A stretch of DNA of 64,000 nt. It comes from Thermoplasmata archaeon (GTDB taxonomy: Archaea > Thermoplasmatota > Thermoplasmata > Lutacidiplasmatales > UBA184). The number at the start of each line of letters is the position of its first letter. Position 1 is the stretch's first letter. A program made the position numbers and the translations under genes. The stretch covers positions 28,829 through 92,828 of the forward strand of contig JBJKRJ010000048.1 of assembly GCA_046704665.1 (NCBI GenBank), written 5' to 3'. Positions 59,453-64,000 of this stretch are shown piece after piece. The notes beneath the pieces are model-generated. The model had not been told where the DNA came from, made no database searches, and saw nothing but the letters and a program-made list of their open reading frames with translations.

Positions 59453-61054
59453 GTGACCTCCTCTTCTTCCGCATCCGGGGCCGGTCGCGCTGTCCCCGGG
59501 GCCCCGGGATTCACTCCCGACACGGAGTTCGATCGATCGTACGCGACCCGCGTGATGATCCTGCTGGCGAGCGTGATCACCCTCGTCCTCTACATCGAAG
59601 GGATGCTCACGCCGTCCCTCCCGCAGATCCAGTCGGACTTTTCGATCACGACCGGCGAGGCGAGCCTGATCCTGTCCTCCTACATCATCACCGGGGTCGC
59701 GCTCAGTCCGGTCGTCGGCAAGCTCGGGGACATCTATGGGAAGAAGAAGCTCCTCGGGATCGTCATTTCGATCTACGCGGTGTGCGTATCGGTCACGGGC
59801 TTTTCTCCGAACTACACGTTCATGGTGAGCGCGCGCGCCTTCCAGGGGATCGGGCTCACGATCTTCCCCCTGGGGATGAGCCTCGTCCGGGAGGAGTTCC
59901 CCCGGGACATGATCCCGAAAGCGCAGGGGATCCTGAGCGCGATGTTCGGCGCGGGCTTCGCCATCAGCCTTCCCCTCGGCGCCTGGGTCTCGAACAACTA
60001 CGGGTGGAGAACGACGTACCACTCGGCGATCCCGTTCGTCATCGTCCTCGCGCTGCTGACGTTCCTCATCATCCGCGAGTCCCGGTTCCGACGCCCCGAG
60101 ACCCGGGTCGATTACCTTGGGGCGTCCCTGCTCGGCGGCTCGCTGGCCGCGTTCGTTCTCGCGCTGTCCGAAGGTTCGAACTGGGGATGGCTCTCCGGCG
60201 GCACACTCGCGCTCGTCGCGCTCGGGGGAGTCCTTCTGGTCCCGCTCGTCGTCTACGAGCTCAAGTTCCACGCCGCGGGGGGCGAGGCGATCCTCGACTT
60301 CCGTCTCTTGCGGGAGCGCAACGTGCTGGTGACGAACGTCCTCGGCACGGTGGCCGGGCTCGGTATGTACCTCGCGTTGCTCTCGATGGTGTTCCTCTTC
60401 GAGGACCCGAAGGTCTTCGGGGGCTACCAGCTGTCGACCTTCCAGGCCGGGCTCTACCTGGTGCCCCTCGCCGTCGGCATGCTGATCTTCGGCGCGGTCG
60501 CGGGATTCGTCGTCTCGCGGATCGGAGCGAGAACGATGACCGCCATCGGCTCCGGCGTCACTGCGGTGGCGTTCCTGCTCGCGATCCCCGTCCACCCCCT
60601 CACCACCCTGCTGATCGTCGAATTCTTCATCGGTGCCGGGATCGGGATGGTGAACGCGGGGATGATCAACCTCCTCGTGCTCACGGTCGATCCCCGGGAC
60701 ATGGGCCTCGCGACGTCGCTCATGTCGGTGTTCCGCAACATCGGGAGCGCGGTCGGGGCCCCGCTCTCCGGATCCCTCCTCACCACGCTCACCCTCACCG
60801 TGGTCCTTCCCGGCCTGGGGGCGAAGGTCGGCCCCTCCTTCGTCGCGTTCCAGTGGTCGTTCGCGATCGCGGCGGTCTGTTTCGCGTTCGCGGGCGGGTT
60901 CGTGATCCTGGGTCGGGAGGTTCTCGGGCGCCACGCCGTACCGGAACCGGCTCCGGCCGGATCTGCCGTGCCCGGACCCCCGCTCCCTTCGATGGACGCC
61001 GAGCCCGAGACGGTCCTGGCGTCCCCGACGACCGACGGGGGCCCTCGGGACTGA
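59453..61054 (+). CDS. MFS drug-efflux transporter (14-TM DHA2/EmrB-like).
   Basis: GTG start. 533 aa with 14 hydrophobic helices and motif A-like GKLGDIYGKKKLL. Confidence 0.8.
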   Translation: MTSSSSASGAGRAVPGAPGFTPDTEFDRSYATRVMILLASVITLVLYIEGMLTPSLPQIQSDFSITTGEASLILSSYIITGVALSPVVGKLGDIYGKKKLLGIVISIYAVCVSVTGFSPNYTFMVSARAFQGIGLTIFPLGMSLVREEFPRDMIPKAQGILSAMFGAGFAISLPLGAWVSNNYGWRTTYHSAIPFVIVLALLTFLIIRESRFRRPETRVDYLGASLLGGSLAAFVLALSEGSNWGWLSGGTLALVALGGVLLVPLVVYELKFHAAGGEAILDFRLLRERNVLVTNVLGTVAGLGMYLALLSMVFLFEDPKVFGGYQLSTFQAGLYLVPLAVGMLIFGAVAGFVVSRIGARTMTAIGSGVTAVAFLLAIPVHPLTTLLIVEFFIGAGIGMVNAGMINLLVLTVDPRDMGLATSLMSVFRNIGSAVGAPLSGSLLTTLTLTVVLPGLGAKVGPSFVAFQWSFAIAAVCFAFAGGFVILGREVLGRHAVPEPAPAGSAVPGPPLPSMDAEPETVLASPTTDGGPRD

Positions 61055-61064
61055 GCGGACCTCC

Positions 61065-61571
61065 ATGCCGAAGTCCACGCACGGGGACCGCGGCTGTTCG
61101 GGCGGCGAGCTCGAGGCGGCCTTCATGGAGTTCTTCCAGATGATGCGCGCCCGGTTCCGTCACGAGGCCGAATCGGTCGGTCTCTCGATGCCGAAAGCGT
61201 TCCTGTTGCGTCACATCGTGGAACGAGGGGAGGTCGCTCCGGGAGCGGTCGCTCGCGAGGCGGGGGTGACTCCCGCCGCGATCACCTTCCTCGTGCAGGA
61301 TCTCGTGTCGGAGGGGTACCTTCGACGATCGCGTTCGGCGACCGACTCGCGGCGGGCGGTCCTCACCGCGACCCCGGCCGGCCGGGCCCTGCTGGGCCGG
61401 CTGAACCGGAAGACCCGATGGATCACTCGGTTCGTAGAGCAGGAGCTCGGACAGGAGGACCTCGCTGCGTTCGTTCGCACGCTGCGCCGCCTTACGGTCT
61501 CTGTCTCCGCGACGACCGAACGGCGGAGGGCACGGCCTCGTGCGGGCCGTGCGTCGACGCTCGGTCCGTAG
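61065..61571 (+). CDS. MarR-family transcriptional regulator.
   Basis: wHTH LSMPKAFLLRHIVERGEVAPGAVAREAGVTPAAITFLVQDLVSEGYLRRSRSATDSRRAVLTATPAGRALL. Located immediately downstream of the MFS gene. Confidence 0.75.
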   Translation: MPKSTHGDRGCSGGELEAAFMEFFQMMRARFRHEAESVGLSMPKAFLLRHIVERGEVAPGAVAREAGVTPAAITFLVQDLVSEGYLRRSRSATDSRRAVLTATPAGRALLGRLNRKTRWITRFVEQELGQEDLAAFVRTLRRLTVSVSATTERRRARPRAGRASTLGP

Positions 61572-61740
61572 TCGGCCGGATCCCACTCCCCCATCCGACC
61601 CCGGGCGCCGTACCCGTGGCATCGGGGCCCCACCCTCGTTCCGCCGCGTTCGGGTATCGACGGCCGGCGAAGGATTCGACGCGGCTTTGCGGGGTGTCGA
61701 CGACCGGCCGACGCGGCTCCCGGCCCGGGGGGTCCCCCGT

Positions 61741-62334
61741 TCAGGTGCGGTAGATCCGGACGTCTCCGTCCCGGGGGGGCGGGTGCAGCTTCCCGCGACT
61801 GGTCACATGGTTGTTCGGGGTCCATCCGGTCCACCGACGGAGCACCCGTACATGGACCGGGAGCCGCACGCCGCGAAAACGTCGGCGGTACAGGTCGAGC
61901 GTCATGACGTGCTCCTCGAACGTGACGTTCTCGTTGTAGCCACCGATCTTCTCGAAGACCTGCCGGCGCACGGCCGCGAAACCCGACATGAACATCTTGT
62001 AGCGGAAGACGCCCGTCAGGACATTGAGCAGCGTGCTCTCGATGCGCATCATCAGCACGTTCACCTCCGGGCTGGGCCAGTAGGTGGAGGCGATCGCGAA
62101 ATCCCAGTCCCAGGTCAGCCACTCGTCCCAGTTCCAGCGGGTCTCGAGCCGCACGTCATCGTCGACGAAGACGAACACCTCGCCCGAGGCAGCCGCCGCC
62201 CCGACGTTCCGTGCATGACCCGCTCCCCCCGGCACCGAAACGACGACGAGCTCATGGCCGGGAGGGAGCATTCCCTTGATCCGCTCGACGGTGCCGGAAT
62301 CGGGGTGCCGTGCCGGCGTGATGAACGAAAGCAA
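61741..62334 (-). CDS. Glycosyltransferase family 2 (short form).
   Basis: LSFITPARH..HARNVGAAAASGEVFVFVDDDV (DxD)..GGYNENVTFEE. 197 aa. Confidence 0.6.
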   Translation of the reverse strand: MLSFITPARHPDSGTVERIKGMLPPGHELVVVSVPGGAGHARNVGAAAASGEVFVFVDDDVRLETRWNWDEWLTWDWDFAIASTYWPSPEVNVLMMRIESTLLNVLTGVFRYKMFMSGFAAVRRQVFEKIGGYNENVTFEEHVMTLDLYRRRFRGVRLPVHVRVLRRWTGWTPNNHVTSRGKLHPPPRDGDVRIYRT

Positions 62335-62580
62335 GGCAACTCACCGTTCGAAGGACCTTCTGCGCGTAGGGAGCCGGGGGAGCTCACCTTCCCCGCCAAT
62401 AAAACGTGCGGTGGGGGTGCGAGGGGCCCCGCGCCCACGGCGTGCGGCCCTCGAAGGCGCATCGGTATCCGAACGGGGAAATACTCCCACGCGCTCGCAC
62501 GACCGGCTGTGGGGTCAGCCGGGTCCCGCCCGACACGGGATCGAACCGCAGCGCGCTGCCAATGACCCCTGGGGGAGAGG

Positions 62581-63090
62581 ATGCCCAGGGAGAACAGCCC
62601 CGAAGCCGTCGGGACGCGGGCGACCGCACCGCGACCGGGTCCCCGGACCTCGGTGATCGAGGTCTCCGAGGAACTGAAGGAAGCGCTGCGTCCGTGGGTG
62701 AACGTCGATGAGGTCGGCTCCGACGCGTTCTGCGTTTGGCTCCGTTCCGTCCTTCCCCTGATCTCTCCCGCGCGCACGGACCGCCGGGGAAGGCCCTCGT
62801 CCGACCTCGAGGGACGGGTGAGGGAGCTGGCGGCGGCCCTGGCGGAGTGTTCGGGGGATCGCGCCAGGACCCATTTTCAGGCCGCCCAGTACTATCGGGA
62901 GAACCAGGTGCTGGCCCGTCGGGTGAAAGCGCTCGAGGCGGCGCTCAAGGTCGCAGGTCCGAGCGCTCCGACCGACACGTCGGGGGAACCCGAGGCCGAG
63001 ACAGAGGAGGCAAGCCGACGGTACCTCCCTCCCGAGCTTCCTTCGGGACCCCGGCCCGGGAGAGGCTCCGGATCCTCCCATCGTCGATAG
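62581..63090 (+). CDS. Hypothetical protein.
   Basis: 169 aa. Composition is protein-like, with a predicted helical segment QAAQYYRENQVLARRVKALEAALK. No recognisable domain. Confidence 0.35.
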   Translation: MPRENSPEAVGTRATAPRPGPRTSVIEVSEELKEALRPWVNVDEVGSDAFCVWLRSVLPLISPARTDRRGRPSSDLEGRVRELAAALAECSGDRARTHFQAAQYYRENQVLARRVKALEAALKVAGPSAPTDTSGEPEAETEEASRRYLPPELPSGPRPGRGSGSSHRR

Positions 63091-63233
63091 GACACCCCCC
63101 TCGGGGGATCCCCTCTCCGGCAGTTCCGCTCCGCTCGTGGGGAGCCTTTCCGTCCCGGCCTCAGCGGCGCTTCTCGGCGACCCCGGAAGGGGGCCGAGAC
63201 GAACTATTGTGCCTGCGCGACTCTGCTTTCCCT

Positions 63234-63593
63234 ATGGGGCAATTGTCGGACGCCTTGATCTCCGCGGGACGACAGCTCGAGGCTCGCCTCCAGTCCCATG
63301 GTGCCGAGATGGCGAAGGACGGTCTCGAGCCAACGCTCCCCCAGTCGTGGAGATTCGAGACGGAGGCGGAGTCCGCCGTGCTCCGTCTGGACACGGAAGG
63401 TCACGTCTCGGTGGGCCCGGATATCATCGAACCCCCGGCCGTGATCGTCACCTGGACTCAGGCGGCCCTGGTCGAGGCGTTGCTCTCGGGACGGAGCAAC
63501 GAGCGACCCCGGGACCCTCCGCCCGTGATCCGTTTCACGTCGGACGCCGGTCGCAAGGCGTTCAGCATGCTCGGGACCAGCCTGAACCTGTAG
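63234..63593 (+). CDS. Hypothetical protein, possibly SCP2-like.
   Basis: ATG at 63234. 119 aa (MGQLSDALISAGRQLEARLQ..TWTQAALVEALLSGRS..). The assignment is weak. Confidence 0.3.
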   Translation: MGQLSDALISAGRQLEARLQSHGAEMAKDGLEPTLPQSWRFETEAESAVLRLDTEGHVSVGPDIIEPPAVIVTWTQAALVEALLSGRSNERPRDPPPVIRFTSDAGRKAFSMLGTSLNL

Positions 63594-63782
63594 GGGGGAC
63601 GGGTCCACCCCCGATCGGACCGGTCGAGATATACGCCGCACTCCGCCACGGCCCGGGTGAGGCCCTCGACTTCTCCGGCGGACAAGGGCCGAGTTCACGG
63701 AACCGGACTGTGGGCCCGGAGGGGCTCGCGGCTCCCCGGGTGGCCCGACTCCGTAGCGCGCTCGATCCGGCGACGGCCGAGC

Positions 63783-64000
63783 TCAGTAGCGCGGGCCCCG
63801 TCGACCGGGCCGATCGCGTCGACGCCCCTGGGTCCGGAAGGGCGGTCGGGGGGGAGGACGCGAGGGGCCGGGGTGCGCCGGCCGGGGCGCGCCGTACGGG
63901 AAGTCCGGGATCCGCGTTCGGGAGATCTTCATCCCGAGCAGCTTTTCGATCTGGGCGAGGTCCGCCTCCTCCTCGGGGGCGACCAGGGTGAACGCGTCTC
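63783..64000 (-). CDS. 3' end of a gene running into the window from beyond 64000; the C-terminus resembles a DEAD/DEAH-box helicase domain.
   Basis: Minus-strand translation ..DAFTLVAPEEEADLAQIEKLLGMKISRTRIPDFPY.. ends at a stop near 63783. There is no start within the window. Confidence 0.35.
   Translation of the reverse strand, partial: DAFTLVAPEEEADLAQIEKLLGMKISRTRIPDFPYGAPRPAHPGPSRPPPRPPFRTQGRRRDRPGRRGPRY

Noticed and set aside
59360-61143. 588-aa minus-strand and 453-aa plus-strand ORFs over the MFS efflux gene.
   Set aside because: These are low-complexity charged translations. The 59453..61054 frame is a 14-TM transporter.
1-64000. CRISPR arrays, transposases/IS elements, integrases, rRNA genes.
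   Set aside because: There are no regularly spaced direct repeats, no DDE/serine/tyrosine recombinase-like ORFs and no rRNA-like conserved segments on either strand.

Overview
This is a GC-rich (~70%) chromosomal segment. It is archaeal by three lines of evidence: a tRNA with a short anticodon-loop intron, a fibrillarin gene, and leaderless tightly overlapping operons. Coding density is high and the long arginine/proline-rich ORFs in other frames are antisense artefacts of the high GC content. Recognisable blocks are:
- a polyamine/lysine-type catabolic cluster (1-6454): class-III aminotransferase, flavin amine oxidase, saccharopine-dehydrogenase-like enzyme, NUDIX hydrolase, FAD-linked oxidase;
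- an adenylate cyclase with TPR repeats and the intron-containing tRNA;
- a complete pstS-pstC-pstA-pstB-phoU phosphate-uptake operon on the minus strand, with a palindrome-rich promoter shared divergently with a TruA-like gene;
- an orphan SPPY-motif DNA methyltransferase next to a seven-gene minus-strand operon (18115-25402), which is the most interesting locus. It encodes a large N-glycosylated surface protein carrying a C-terminal transmembrane helix and a cytoplasmic winged helix, a VirB2/TrbC-like pilin, a VirB6-like polytopic membrane protein, a membrane-anchored protein, a VirB3-like small membrane protein, a VirB4/CedB-like ATPase and a 190-aa unknown. Together they look like a minimal archaeal Ced/Ted-like, type-IV-secretion-related DNA-transfer module;
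- fibrillarin, RidA, DUF885, an ABC-2 exporter, ribA and DUF169;
- an arsR-arsM-arsC-acr3 arsenic operon;
- a metal-homeostasis neighbourhood (VIT1, NRAMP, ZIP, NicO-like transporter, DtxR-family regulator, an HTH plus ferritin-like regulator) with recurring TGTGAA/TTCACA and TGTGACC promoter motifs;
- a seven-gene heme operon hemA-hemC-hemD-hemB-hemQ-hemL-hemE, where hemE and hemQ are unusual for an archaeon;
- an MFS/MarR efflux pair.
No CRISPR array, integrase, transposase or rRNA was seen.
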